Shown piece after piece: positions 24,601 through 39,480 of a DNA stretch of 64,000 nucleotides (positions within the stretch are counted from its first letter, which is position 1; each line of letters begins with the position of its first letter). Both the position numbers and the translations under genes were made by a program. Location: assembly GCA_043228905.1 (NCBI GenBank), contig JBHGNT010000002.1, positions 2,976,001 through 3,040,000 of the forward strand, read 5' to 3'. The notes under the pieces were generated by a model, which did not search any database, had not been told where the DNA came from, and saw only the letters and a program-made list of their open reading frames with translations. Source of the DNA: Azolla caroliniana (Eukaryota > Plantae > Polypodiophyta).

Positions 24601-26263
24601 GACAACTGTATACCCATAACTTGCAATGGGGTTCCATCTTAGCAGCATCCGGGTTTGTCTTCTAGATCAATCTGTGCCACCACTCAGACTGGGTGCCAAG
24701 TGCCCCTACTCTGACTCTCCCCAAACAATGTATCTCTTCCCAATCCACTCGCCCTTCAACAACTTAACCGTTCCAACCTCATCGAAGAGATTGAACCATG
24801 CATCTTCTCTCACCTCCCCCATCAGAACCCTGTCAACTACCTCAGCTATCAATCTCCGCATTTTCACAACTCCCTTGAGGGGAGGGAATGGTTCCTCCCG
24901 GGTTCCTCTCGGAGCAATCATGCATCTCCAATCGTCTATAGAATGAAGCTTTGTCTGCGCCCGCTTTCCCCATTCTAGGCCCTTAAGCTGCCCTAACATC
25001 ATGTCGTCACTTGTTCACACCTGAGGATTCAAAAATAATGGTTGTCTAGTCCACTCGATTAGTGTCTTTAGGGTGTGCTTGACCAAATGTTGTCTCATGT
25101 GACACCATGCCCGCAAGATGGAGTTTGTTACCCCGTCCTCCAGTTGACAAGCCATCTTGGGTGGGACTCCGCTTGTGCAACATCAGTTCAAGGAGTTAGG
25201 CCAAGGCCTACCATACTTGGGAGTACCTTCTAACACCCCTTACCTGGCAGGAGGCATCGAACCATCATTTTGGCTAGCAATGCTCGGCTCTACGTTACGA
25301 GTTCTATGACGCCAAGCACCCCTTTGGCCCCCGGTTGCGTTAACCAATGCCATGACACTTTGGCGACAACCATTGGGTTGTCCTTACCTGATCGTATAAA
25401 CCCTCTGATGGCAGCCTTAATCGCGTGCAGACCTGCAGGGTCCATAATTCAACATGAGACCGAGTGTCACATGGTGGCGAGCATCGATTGGTTTGCAATA
25501 AGGACCCTATCAGCGAAGGATAATTTAGATCTACTCCATTGCTTCAGCTTCTTGCTTATTTTGGCTTGCACATGGGACACTTGCGCTCCCTTGGGGATTG
25601 CCCTCCCCATCGTACATCCTAGGTAGTTGAATTTCGTCCTGTCAGGAACCCATGTAAAATCGGCATGGGGTTGCCACCTTGGTTTCTCTTGTTCGTTGAA
25701 CCAAAGGCCTTGGGTTTTATCCCAATTGACCTTGGCACCAACGGCCTAACAAGATGTTCAGCCCGCTGCAAATTCTCTTCATCACCCTACAAGAAAAGGA
25801 TCGCATTGTCAGCATATTCAGATAATAGAAGATCTTTTGTCGTATTGGGGATGGGCAATCCCCTCAATCTGTTACTTGGTGCTTGTAAGTAGGTAGAGAA
25901 AGTGTTATGAACATGACTGTTCATGACAACGGTCATGTCAAGATCCAAACTCGTGACCTCTTGTGTTATAATCGAGTGTTATGTGTTATCCAACATGTCC
26001 AACATACAGTCATATGTATAATTGTTCCTTAATAGCTTTAAGGTAACATCATGAGCATAATTGCTCCATTGTATTATTCACACTTGGCACATGCATGCAT
26101 ACATACACGCACGCAACAGACATGCATGCCGCTTAGTATAAATATTTGAGTTCACCTTGAATGAATTCAAGGTGAACAACACCAATTAATGATACTTGCC
26201 CTTAGCTTGTCAATCGTGTCTTTGTAGCGCTTTTAGGCTTGCCAATCACATCCTTGTAGTATC

Positions 26264-29200
26264 TGTAGAGAATATGCGGAATAATGCTCAGCCACAACCA
26301 AGTCTTCGATTACTTCGTTGAGAATTACAAACACAGAAATGGGAATGTGGAGATAGATGCACGTATACACAAAAAACACTGAAATAGAGTACACAGTATG
26401 TTTACGTGGAAAACCCTAAACGGGAAAAACCACGGGAGCCCACAAGCTCAAAACTATCACTATGTCTAAGAGGAATACAATAGGGGAACACAGAGGCAAC
26501 GACCTCGTGCTCATAATCTTCGCCTGGCGGCGGTTACAATAGAGACACACTCTGTCTGTCTGTCTCTCTCGCTGTACTACGCTCTGTACAACAATTACAC
26601 CAAATAACTCTATACAAAATAATGACAACACAATGATCATCTAAAGTTTTCCGTAGGTCATATTTATACTAATATGACTTTCGGGCTATTTACAAATATA
26701 GCCCCAGTGGGCTCTCTTGAACATATTTACATATATGTCCCTTCATCCGGTGAGAGGTTCTCACCGGTCCTGCAACATCCGGTTCTCACATAGGGTCTTC
26801 CTTGCCGGGTACTCATCATCTCATCCGGAGGGACCTAAATCCTAACAAACTCCCCCTTCACTCCAACATGGGATGTCTTGTTAGTCTAATTCGCTTCCGG
26901 CATGCGTCCAGCTTGTCGGGCGTCAACACCTTGGTCAACATATCTGACCCATTCTCCTCTGTGTGGATCTTCATCAGCACGAACTCTCAATCTTCCACTC
27001 GCTTCCAGATCCAGTGGTACCTCTGTTGGATGTGCTTCGTCCTGGAATGATACGTTGCGTTCTTCGCAAGGTGGATGGCACTTTGACTGTCGCAATAGAG
27101 CCGATATTCCTCTTGTTGGATCCCTAGCTCTTCGATGAAGTCCTTCATCCATAGTATTCCTTTCTAGCTTCCACAGCTGCCATATACTCCGCCTCCGTGG
27201 TTAACAACGCAACCGTCTTCTGCAGCCTCGACGGCCACGAAACAGCTCCCCTGCATATGTCATAACATATCCTGATGTTGACCGGCTGGTATCCGCATTA
27301 GCCGACATATCCAAATCGGTGAAACTGTCAAGTTGGGGTTTACTGGAGCCAAATCGGAGACACATAGTTGAGGTGCCTTTTAAGTACCGGAGTATCCATT
27401 TTACCGCATTCCAGTGCTCCTTGCCGGAATTGCTCATAAACCGGCTCACCACTCCAACTGCGTATCCGATATCTGGACGAGTACACACCATTGCGTACAT
27501 TAAGCTCCCGACGGCAGAGGCATATGATATCTTCATCATATCCGCCTTCTTTGCCTTCATCTTCGGGCTTTGCTTACTGGATAATCTGCAATTTGCTGGG
27601 AGTGTCGATCCGACCGGTTTCGCATCTGACATGTTGAACCACTGAAGCACCTTTGTCACGTACTTCTCCTGTGACAGCCACAATTGCTTCTTTGACCAGT
27701 CCTGGATGATATGCATCCCCAGTATCTGTCTTGCCGGACCTGATAGGAATACGGTTTCCTAAGCTATGCTCGGCCACAACCGAGACGTCGGATCAAGCAC
27801 AGAAAACAGGGATGTGGTGAGATGTATCTACACACAAAACAGTAAAGAAGAGAGTGCACTGGATGTTAACGTGGAAAACCCAAATCTGGGAAAAACCACG
27901 GCAGCCCTCAGACTGCAAAATATCATTATTTCAAGATTACAACAATGGGGCATAGAGGCAATGACCTATTGCTCCCTCGCTTCGCCACCAGGCGGTTACA
28001 ACAAAGACAACAACCTCTTCCTCTCTCTCTCTCTCTCTCTCTTCTCTATACACAATTACGCTCTGAATTATCGCCACAATGATAATAACACAACCACACG
28101 TCATACATCATACACTATTAGGTTTGCCCTAGGTCATATTTATACTAATATGAATTTCGGGCTATTTACAAATATAGCCCCAGTAGGCTCTCTAGAACAT
28201 ATTTACATATATGTCCCTTCAATCCGATGAGAGGTTCTCACCGGGCCTGCAACATCCGGTTCTCACCGGGTCTTCCGTTGCCGAGTACTCGTCATCCGGT
28301 TCTCACCGGGTCTTCCGTTGTCGGGTACTCCACATCCGGTTGCTCATCAACACTGTTCTTCTCACTTCCCATCCGGAGGGACCTGTTTCCTAACAGGACC
28401 CAAGTATTTCATTGAGAAGGTTCGGTTCAGAGCCTTCTTCAGCGTCCGTATCTTGACTTGGTCTTGTCCGACAATCAACATGTCATCCACGTACAGGAGG
28501 AGTATCAGGAAGTCTCCACCTTCGAACTTCTTCACAAATATGCAGTGATCGGCCTGCGTCTTGTGGTACCCTTGATCGGTCATGAAGGAGTCGAACTTTC
28601 GGTACCATTGTCGGGGATCCTGCTTCAAACTGTAGAGGCTCTTCTTCAACCAGCAAACCAAGTGCTCCTTCCCTTTCTTCACAAATCCTTCCGGTTGCTA
28701 CATGTAGATCTCCTCTTCGAGGTCGCCGTGGAGGAATGTCGTCTTCACGTCTAACTGCTCTACCTCGAGGTCCATGCTTGCCGCTATGCTTAGCACCGTC
28801 CGGATGGAAGTCATCTTTACTACCGGGGCAAATATCTCGTCGAAGTCTATGCCCTTCTTCTGCTAGAACCCCTTCACCACGATCCTGGCTTTGTACCTTG
28901 GGGGGTTGCCGGCATCTCCTGGTTTCAACTTGTACACCCACTTATTCTAGAGTGCCCGCTTTCCTTTTGGCAACTCCACCAATTCATATGTGTGGTTCTC
29001 ATGTAGGGAATCCATCTCGTCCTGCATGGTACTCAACCACTTGCGGCTATGGGTATCATCATTCGCTTCTTCGAAGCTTTCCGGCTCCCCCTCATCAGTC
29101 AGCAACACGCATTCTGCATCTGGAAATCTCCAGGGGGCACTTCTTTCCCGGAGAGGATATCTCCGTCCTCGGTTTTCGGTAACTGGCTCCTGTGTCTCTT

Positions 29201-31432
29201 CTTCATCCGAATCTGATTCGGGGTCTTGTCCGGTTCCAGTTTCAACTTCCTCTCCTTCTTCTGCTGGTTCGGTATCCTCACCGTAACCGGCCGGTTCTTC
29301 GAGTGTCAACCGACTCCTAGCCGGGTAGGTCCGAATCTCATCAAATTGATCCTTACCGGTTGACTCGGAGTTCATTATCTTCTTCTCCGACTCCCAGTCA
29401 GCAAGGGTCTTGTCCTCCATGAAGATAATATCTCGACTCCGGAAAACCTTCTTGTCGACCGAATCCCACACTTGGTAGTCGAACTCATCATCGTCGTATC
29501 CAAGGAATATGCAAAGCTGGGACTTTGGGTTCGAGTTTGCTCTCCGGTCCTTTGCCACATGCACGTAAGCGAGACACCCAAACACCTTCAGATGCCGGTA
29601 AGACACATCCTTACCGGTCCATACTTTTTGCGGTGAGTCTCTGTCCAAGGGTACTGAGGGTGATCTATTTATCACATACGTCGTTGTCGTCAGCGCCTCA
29701 ACCCAAAACGTCTTGGGTAACTTAGCATGTGCTAGCATACTCTGGACCCTCTCCATTATGGTCTGGTTCATTCTCTCAGCTAGCCCGTTTAGTTCCGGCG
29801 TCTTCGGAACGGTAAATTCGAGTCGGATTCCCTTCGAGCGGCAATACTCCTCAAACTGCCCCCGGTACTCTCCTCCGTTATTTGTTTGAACCGCCTTCAA
29901 CTTCCAGCCGGTTTCTCTTTCCACTCTTGCGTGGAGCTCCTTGAGGACGAATAACACCTGATCCTTCATCTTCAACCATGTGGTCCACAGCTTCCGGCTG
30001 TGGTCATCTATGAACGTCACGAAGTACTGCGATCCGGCATGTGACTTCGTGTCCACTTGACACACATCGGTATGCACCAGTTCCAGTGGTGCATTACGTC
30101 TCATCGGTGGCCTTGATCGGAAGGAGGTCTGGTTCTGCTTATCGGCCAGGCAGTTGGTGCACTTCTGAAAATGCACGTCTTTCACCGGAATGAGGTTGTC
30201 ATCGGCAAGCCTCTTCATCCCCTTCTCGCTCATGTGACACAGTCTCTTGTGCCACATCTCACCGGCAGCATCAGATGCAACGTTCACTTCTTCCTGGCAT
30301 AACTAGGCATTCATTAAGTACATAGTGTTGACTTTCCGGGCCCGAGCCACTATTAGGCTCTCTTTGCTGAACTTCATGACTCCGTTCCGGATGTTACCCG
30401 TGTAGCCTTCATCATCTAGCCGACCGGCTGATATTTGGTTCAGTCGAACCTCTGGAACGTGTCGGACATCTTCAGCAGCAGCTTGCATCCGGTTGATGTC
30501 GTTAACAGCACATCTCCTATGCCGATTCGGCATGTCCCTTCATTCCCCATCCAGACACAGCCGTGCTCACCGGCTGTGTAGGATGAGAAGCATTTCTGGT
30601 CTGGGGTCAGGTGGAACGACGCTCTGGAATCGACAACCCACGTTGTCTCGTCGCCAGCAAGGTTTAACTCACTCTCCTCGGTGATGAGCATCAACTCCTC
30701 TTCACTTGTCGCGATTGCCGTCGTTCCCTTCCGGTCCGGTCCCCTCTGGTCTTTACCGTTCCGGTCCGGTGACTGCTTTGAATCGGTAGTGTCAGTTACT
30801 AGCTTCCGAAATACCGAAACCCGATTAACAATATTTTTGTTCTGAAACATAATGTCGATCTTCTCCTAGAGCTCATGAGCCTTGCTCTCTTCATTGAAGT
30901 TGTTGTACAGGCTCATGTCGATGAAGCACCGTATGTATGTCGTCGTCTTCATGTGCATCACCTCCCACACTGTGGCATTGATCTTGTCCGGTTTCTTGTC
31001 CCCGAATTGAACCAGAAACCAAAGATCTTTGACCACGAGCATGTCCCTCATCTTCGACTTCCACACTGAGTAGTTGGAGTCGGTGAGCTTGAGCATGCCG
31101 CCGAACGATTCTTCCATTTTTTGTTTTGTTCACTCTGATACCAGTTTGTAGAGAATATGCGAAATAATGCTCGGCCACAACCGAGTCTTCGATTACTTCA
31201 TTGAGAATTACAAACATAGAAATGGGAATGTGGAGATAGATGCACGTATACACAAAAAACACTGAAACAGAGTACACAGTATGTTTACGTGGAAAACCCT
31301 AAACGGGAAAAACCACGGGAGCCCACAACCTCAAAACTATCACTATGTCTAAGAGGAAAACAACAGGGGAACACAAAGGCAACGACCTCGTGCTCATAAT
31401 CTTCGCCTGGAAGCGGTTACAATAGAGACACA

Positions 31433-31474
<42 letters not shown>

Positions 31475-31744
31475 AGTACACTCTATACAGTAGTTACACC
31501 AAATAACTCTATACAAAATAATGACAACACAATGATCATCTCAAGTTTGCCCTAGGTCATATTTATACTAATATGATTTTCGGGCTATTTACAAATATAA
31601 CCCCAGTGGGCTCTCTGGAACATATTCACATATATGTCCCTTCATCCGGTGAGAGGTTCTCACCAGGTCTTCCTTGCCGAGTACTCATCATCCGGTTCTC
31701 ACCGGGCCTTCATCATCCCATCCGGAGGGACCCAAATCCTAACA
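26264..31744 (-). mobile_element. Ty1/copia element with both LTRs (26264-26847, 31147-31744), gag internally deleted
   Basis: GTATC TSD at 26259-26263 and 31745-31749; PBS TGGTATCAGAGT at 31143-31132; PPT at 26848-26860; integrase ORF 28947-30287; RT LYVDDMLI; YASAVGSLMYAMVCTRPDI. Confidence 0.97.
27741..28395 (-). repeat. Solo LTR of a related copia family inserted in the RT of the 26264-31744 element
   Basis: TG...CA termini, GGACC TSD at 27736-27740 and 28396-28400, clear similarity to the host LTRs. Confidence 0.93.
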
Positions 31745-32205
31745 GTATCCTTGTAGCTCTGATTCTTCTGTCCTTAACAGAAAGCCTCGGTTACAAATAG
31801 AAAGAGATATGGGGCCAGGGGACAACCTTGCCTCACTGAATGTTGTAGTTGGAAGGAGGGGCCCCTAGCACCAGCTACCAGCATGCTACTGGTAGCAGTC
31901 TGATAAAGTACAGAAGTGCAGTTCCTCCATTTTTGGGGTAGGCCCATAGCTCTCATCACGTTTTCCAAGAAGGGCCATAGTACCCTGTCGTAGGCCTTCT
32001 CAAAGTCTAACATCAGAATAGTTGAGCTCGATACGTAGCGATCTGCCAATGCCATAAGTTCCCCAGAGATGTAACACATTATCAAAGATACACCTGCTCC
32101 TGATAAACCCAGTTTGATTCTCGTGTATGATGTCCGGTAAGAAGCTTGCTAACCGCCGAGCTAGAACTTTTTCAAGACTTATCTTGTATATCGTGTTAAG
32201 GATCG

Positions 32206-35200
32206 ATGTGAGAGAGGCGGCGACATGACAAACATAGAGATAGAGTTCACCTTTCAAGTCTCATATCTCCCTCATCTGGAGTCAGAATTGGACAAGGTTT
32301 GAGTCGTTTTGGGGGTTTTAGAGCCTTTTGGATGGATTGAGCATGTTAGAATCACTCAAATCTGAGCGGAGTATAGACTTCACGACCTGTCTATTTCGAC
32401 CTAAGCTGTGAGACACCAGGTTTGCTCCTCTCATTACCTTTGTTAGACCTCTCTACATTTCGACATACAAAGTAGCAGGTCTACCACATTATTGTTGTCA
32501 AGGATGGCTCAATCATTTTCTATATTGAATAAGAAGAGGAAAGAAATTATAAAAGATCCAGTAGATACAAAATGGCTTCAGGATAGTTTAGTAGAGGACT
32601 TTGCAAAGGCTAGGAAGACATGGGATGGGTCTTTGCCAAGCAAGACATTTACTATCCCATCACAAGAACTTGTTGAATCCTTTAAAAGTGTACATGTCAA
32701 ATTCTATTATTCTTTTCTTTCCTGGGAATATGCCTTCTACGAATGATGTGGCTCAATGGATAAATGCAATGTTTAAAGTCTATGCAATTAGTGGAGTTTA
32801 TTTCGCTGCTAGAGGGTTTTACGAAGTATTGCTATCATAACCAAAGTACAAAACTCAATTACTTGAGGAATCTCCTTTAACATATAGAGATAAAATGGTT
32901 CATGCATTGTTGTGGTCTTTGACAAAAGACTATCAAGGGCTAATTCGTCACAAATGTCCCGTCTGGGTAGAAGTGCTTGATTTTCCATGAAATTGGAATC
33001 ACTTGTTACCTACAATTGCAGCAGGAATGGGGAGAGTAGTATGCCCCCCAAAAACTACAAGTACTTCTAATAGATTTTGCATTCTTTGGGACACAGATGT
33101 TCCGATCTTGGAAGTTATCGCCCTCAATTTGGATGATCCAATTATTGGTGGAAGACCTTTCAAGCTGAAATGGGGCAAATTTGCAGGTGCATGTTACACA
33201 TGTAACAAGTTTGGTCATATGCAATCAGAATGCCTAACACTAACCATTCAGCCACCTAAAACTGCAATTTTGAAACCTGTATCATTGAAAGAAAATAGTC
33301 AGGTTTCTTCATCAAAGACAACAAACCAATCTATGTTCAGAAACCGAGAGTACAAGACAAAGGGAAAAGTAAAGTCCAGCAGACAATTGGTAATGTGCAA
33401 TCGAACCTGCACGATTTGAAACAAGCCTTTGATGTGGACAAAGAGAACAATGAAGGTTGGCAAATATCTACGAAATCCTTTAAAAGTAAGACGCCTGTGG
33501 TGGTGAGAAACTACACTCACGCACTTGAATCAAGGTTCATCTTTACAGATTAATGCTTCAATGCTCTCTTGAGTCTTAGAAGCTTGGAAAAGGGTGAGTA
33601 GAGGCTCATATGTGGAAATTTACAAAGATGGATCAAATGCAGATATTAGGCTTCATGCAAATAAGCATGGCGGTGATACTAATATGCAGTCAGATTAGTA
33701 TTTGCTTTGTTTTATATCTTCAACCATATTAATCATGCATAAACAAGTCAAATGTGTCTCCTTCAATATACGAGGTCTTTGTAACCCTAGTAAATGGAAA
33801 TTATTTTGAAACTATATTACCTCTTCTCAAGCAGATGTAATTTGTGTTCAAGAACATAAACAAGTTGAATTTAGTGGTCAAGTTGGTACATTTCGAGGTT
33901 TTGACATCTTCTTTGCAGGACAAGGTACAACATCTGGAGTGCTTATGATAATAAAACATGAGCTAAATCCTACAGTTGCCTATAATGATCAACATGGGAG
34001 GTGGATGGTTGTGCAATGCATGATAAATGGCGAGACATATTATTTTGGTGGAATGTATGCCCCGAATGCCTCAAGGGATAGAGCTTTACTTTGGCAAGAC
34101 ATTTGTGCTTATCCATGGCCACAAAATGCAGTTATATGTGGAGATTTCAACAACTCTCCAAATGCAGGTGATAACACTAGTGGGTACTCACATATGTTGA
34201 GAGAGGAACAAGGTTAGTGGTATAATATGCAAAGGTCATTGGATTGGGTTGATTTATGGCAAATGACACACCCACATGTTCCTGGTTTTACCTTTCATCA
34301 CACCACCCACTCCACATACTGTGCAATGCTTGATAGATGGTATTTGTTGCATGCTAGTCAGTATGAAAATTTCACATGTACAATGCATATAGATCATGCT
34401 TTGCAGTTGTCAGATCATGCTCCTATCTGGCTAGACCTTGATTTTGGGAATCATTCCTATGAAGTGCATCTCCAAAGGAAGAGACTTATGCTCATTAACA
34501 ACAACTACCTCAAGCATGAACTCTTCAAGAGGATGGTCTATGACATAATACCTCCTCTTTATGTAGAAGTCAACATAGATGTTGATATAGTATGGGTACA
34601 TTTTGTACATAGATTACAAACAGTAATACAAGAGTATGGGAAGTGGTATGTCTCAAGACAAAGAGATTACACTAAACAAGCCAAATTTACTTGTCAAGCC
34701 CTAACGGAGTTAGCACATAGAAGATCTTTGACTTTACATGAAGAGGATGCATTGTCTATGGCCAAACACACATTGATGCTACATAACAAAAATAAATTGG
34801 AAAAATGGCAAGTTAGGTCAAGACAAATTCCATTGAAAGACAAAGGATGCTCTTCTAAATCCTTCTTCAAAAGGTTGCATCTAATACGCCAAAGGGAATC
34901 CATTAAATTCATCAAAATTGGTGATGGTTTGTGGACTACAAATCGACTTGAGCTAGCCAAGGAATGTGTAACTCACTTCTCTCACATCTTTGAGGGCAAT
35001 GACATTGTTACAGATGCAGTTAAACAAGCTAGAGATACATTCTTGTCACTAGTTCAACCCACTATTTGTGTGGATAAAGCTATTGCTTTGGATGTTGCAT
35101 TCACAATGGAGGAGCTCTTGGAGGCTCGAAAGGGCCTCGGGAAAGGCAAAGCGCCTGGTTGGGATGATATTACGTTAGAGTTCATTACAGAATTTTGGGA

Positions 35201-37583
35201 TGTTCTTAAGGATTTAATCCTATCCATGGCAAATAATGCTTGGCAACAATGGGATATGCCAATCTCATGGAAGAAGGTTTGGTCAAATTAATACCCAAAA
35301 AGAAACTATGTGAATCTTTTTCAGATTGGCGACCAATCACTCTCATGTCAGTGATCTACAAACTTATTGCAAAGATAACTGCTAATCGTATTAAGGACAC
35401 TTTGCTGAGATGCATACACGTAATCCAATATGGGTTCATTCCTCGAAGGCAAATTACATATAATATTGCTAATGCTTATATTGGAATGGAGTATGCCAAA
35501 TACACCAAACAAGATGTATTGCTCATGCAAATTGACATTGAAAAGGCCTTTGACACCATCCAATGGGATTTTGTGGCAGCCACAATGGTCAAACTAGGAT
35601 TTGGTCCGAAAATGTCTCAAGTAATCTATTGGCTTTATGGGTCTAGCACATATTCATGCATTATTGAGGGTGAATTGACAAATTCATGGAGCTTAGCCAA
35701 ATCAGTACGACAAGGTTGTCCTGTAAGTGCATTGTTGTATGCAATCGCAACTCATCCACTACTATTGTACATGGATCATCTAGTATCAATTGGTCAACTT
35801 CATGGTTTGCAAATGAAAGAAGGACATGATTTCGTGGCTCAAGCATATGCATATGATACATCATTCCTATCACAAAACAATCCAAATGATATGAGGGTGA
35901 TTATGGATGCCCTCAAATTGTATGGATTGGTTGCTGGATTGCATGTTAACTTCAACAAGTCCAAACTTCTACCCTTGACGCCATATAGTTGGCATCAACT
36001 TCTGTGGATAGGTTAGGTTGTTAGCCCAAATGAAATGGTTAGACATCTTGGCTATCCATTGGGATGGAATGCAACAGGGAAAAGAAAGGTTGAATGGGTT
36101 CTACAAAATGTGAGACAAAAGCTAAGCTATTGGAAAATTGCAACATGGCCACTCCATGTCAGATTGAGGATAGTGCAATCAATATTCATGGCTTATATGC
36201 AGTATTACTTAATTATGATTGATTGGCCGAAACACATGATACAAAAGATTAACTTAGAAATCATAAGCAGCTTTTGGTGCTCTAAGTAGTCGCATAGAGG
36301 TATACGACTTTTATCACTAGAGAAGATATGCACTCCACAATTGAGTGGAGGGCTAAATTTTCTTAATTTGCATTTGCATATTTTGGCTAGAAAAGCTACT
36401 TTATTGCCGAAATTTGCCGAAAAAACATTGCCTTGGGCAAGAATGCTATCTGATATGTTTGATCATTTGAAAACTAAGTCATTTGGCTCATGGGAAACTA
36501 ATCATTGGGATGTAGTGTTTGGAAAGCTTGACGGGCACATCAAAGGTTGTCCGTTTAGCTCAAAGCTTCTAAAGCACTGTAAGGACGTATTGCACCACAT
36601 AAAAGGGAGAGGTAGGAATTCAGAATCAGGGAACTCTTTACGCCTCGAAAGCTTACACTAGAGTGTTATATTCCCACAATCATTAGTTGAACAAGAGCCT
36701 AGGAAAGCTTATTTTTTAGCAAAGAAGGGGCTGAAATCAATTGCAGATGTGGTAAATGACCAAGGTCACTTATTGCACTTCAATGACATGACATCTTGTT
36801 ATAATCTTGGGCCACATCATCGCATTATATGGAATCAAGTCACTGAGTTGGTGCTTTCCTTAGTACCTGTGCCACCTCTCAATGGAGATCGTAGGATTCA
36901 GGATTGGATGTTACAAAAAGGGAACATTGTTATTCCAATGCATAACATTACAACACATTCAGTGTATATGTTGTTGCAACCTGTCCCATGGTTTCACGAA
37001 CATGCAAATGCATTATGGAACCTACACAAAACGCAGTCTTGGTGGAATAACAAGCTTGCAAGCTTATGGAGCTATGGTCTTCCACTTAAGTAACTTGGAA
37101 ATAACACCACACTTATTATGGACTTGTTCATTCACTACAACATTTGTAAAAAGACTAAGTGTATCTCTTTATCACAGATTTCATAGCCGAAGGTTTGGTA
37201 AACACTTTTGGATATTTGGACAAATTCCATGTGCCCTATCTGACAATGCCTAGTTTCTCCAATGGACATGATTTTGGGCACTTTGGACCATTTGGACAGC
37301 CCACAATAATAAGGTCTTTGATCAAAACCAACATGAAGTTAGCTTCTTTAAGCAATCCCTCAGGCAATCCTATTTGATTATCTGCAACTTAGAGACATCA
37401 CACCCCAAATTTACAACCTTTGCTTTGAGTGCTTTTAAGCTCTTTAGTGTCTAATCGACACTTGTATATTTTTCTTTATTCTTTGTGGGTTTTCACCTCA
37501 CTTTGAGGTTTCCCAATTGTAATAAAAGTGTTACTAAAAAAAAAAATTCAATACCCTTGGTTGGCTTGCTAAAAATATATATA
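32206..37583 (+). mobile_element. Near full-length L1-type LINE (ORF1 with CCHC; ORF2 endonuclease-RT) inserted antisense into the host LINE
   Basis: 19-bp TSD TATATCGTGTTAAGGATCG at 32187-32205 and 37584-37602. CYTCNKFGHMQSEC, GDFN, SDH, QIDIEKAFDTIQW, RQGCPVS, YAYD (YADD decayed). A-run at 37536-37546. Confidence 0.93.
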
Positions 37584-38459
37584 TATATCGTGTTAAGGAT
37601 CGTGATTGGATGCCACTGGTGCAACTCTAGGCTCCGCTCTACCGTTTTGGGGATGAGATAGATCATCCCCTCAACCAAATTGGTTTGCATCGTTCTTGAG
37701 GTCCTGATCTCCTAAACCTCGGCTTCACTATCTCATCCCCTCAACCAGATTGGTCTGCATTGTTCCTAAGGTCCAGATCTCCTAAACCTCGGCTTCTAGT
37801 GACGAGATAACACTTTCCCAATGAATCTCATGAGAGACCATCGGGGCCGGGGCATGCTCCTCTCCGTGATTCCCGGAGCGTCTCCGAGAGTTCTAATTGA
37901 GAAATGGGGCTATCAAGCACAACTTCCATCACTTGGGTTACCTTGGGGTGAATGCAAGTCATCTCCCTATCAGCTAGCTCTGTGTTTTGCCTCATATGCA
38001 TAAGTGCGAATAGGTCTCAATAGTATTGCGTTTCCATATGCAGAATCTCATCCTTGTTCTCTGTTATTGAGCCCTCTTGTTTGCGCAACCCTTGTATGCA
38101 TCCACCACCACCCTTGGGTGCCTTGTACTGAAAGAAATGACAGTTGACCTTGTCATATGTTCTAGCCCACCATGTCGCGGTCCTTCTAAATAGCATTCGG
38201 TTCTTCTCCAACATCCTTTCCCGCACCTTCGTCTTTGCTTCCTCTAGCTTAGCTCTAGATCAATTGTAACCAGGGTCTGCCTGTAGCAACCATTGCGTTG
38301 TCGTAATGGACTTCCTTAAATTTGTTTCAATGGCTCTGATTTGCTGGAGGGCCGGCTTGGTTTCCTGTTTTAAAAAGGAGGAGAGGGCCAATTTTTTCTG
38401 CAAATCCTCAATGGTTGATTCACTTACAATGGTCTCCCACCATATACTCTATAGACCTA

Positions 38460-38890
38460 CCTTCACCTCTACACCCTTCATGATCTTTGTGGGGATTTTC
38501 ACATTGAGACTCCCCTTGCTGCCGTTGGGTGGGTTAAGGTCTAGTCTCATCGGCTAGTGATCATGGAAGGTAAGTCCAGCCAAGATAGCAAAGGAGCGCT
38601 CCAACTCTTCAAGGGATGAGCTAATTTATATGTGATCTAACCATGCAAGGCTACCACCCTTAGCATTCAGACTTGTCTTCACCTCTGCACTCTTCATGAT
38701 CTTTGTGGGGATCTTCACATTGAGACTCCCATTGCTACCGCTAGGTGGGTTAAGGTCTAGTCTCATCAACTCGTGATCAGAGAAGGTAACTCCAATCAAG
38801 ATAGCTAAGGACCCCCCATCTCTTCAAAGGATGAGCTGATGTATATGCGGTCTAGCCGTGCAAGGTTACCACCCCTAGCATTCACGACAG
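38460..38890. repeat. About 217-bp tandem duplication within the host LINE endonuclease
   Basis: CTTCACCTCT...GATCTTTGTGGGGAT starts at 38461 and 38678. Confidence 0.8.
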
Positions 38891-39480
38891 CTCTGGATAA
38901 GTGTAGTGAATGTGAGCATCTCCTGAGGGAAGAGCCCCAGGTATCCTTCACCCCGATTTTGCCAATTAAGAAAATCCATGAATCAGTCTCTGGGTCCCCC
39001 CTTTCATACCTCCCAAGTGCTCAGTCATGTTGAAATCACCGACCATTACCCAGGCCTCTGCATCAGGTAATGTTATTGCTAACATCCTCCAGAAAGATTG
39101 CTCTCTCGGGGAATGAGTTAGGGGCATAAATGTTTAGCACCCAACATTTAGGCGATTCCATGTCAGAAGCACATATAAGGCTCTACCCGCCACCAAAGTG
39201 CCATGCGATGTTACTTTTTATCGGGCCTTATCGCTGATCGAGAGGAGGGAGGCTGCACCTGGGCTGCCATGTTTCCCCTTATTCTTAACAGGTTGCCAAG
39301 GAGCCTCGTCACCCTTGGTTGATGCGGCCTTTCCCGAGGCTTGAGGTTCCGAGCTTCCCTTTCCATTCTTCCGAGGACACTCTTTAGCTAGGTGTCCGTT
39401 CTGTTTGCAGAGGAAACACTGCCCATGGAGTCCCTCATAAACCACTTTCACCATTGTGAGACCTAGCTCCTCAAAGTAGA

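Larger units (their letters stand above)
25903..31779 (+). repeat. Solo LTR (391 bp; 25903-26263 plus 31750-31779) split by a copia insertion
   Basis: TGTTA...TAACA termini, GAAAG TSD at 25898-25902 and 31780-31784, TATA-like TATAAATA near 26137. Confidence 0.85.
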
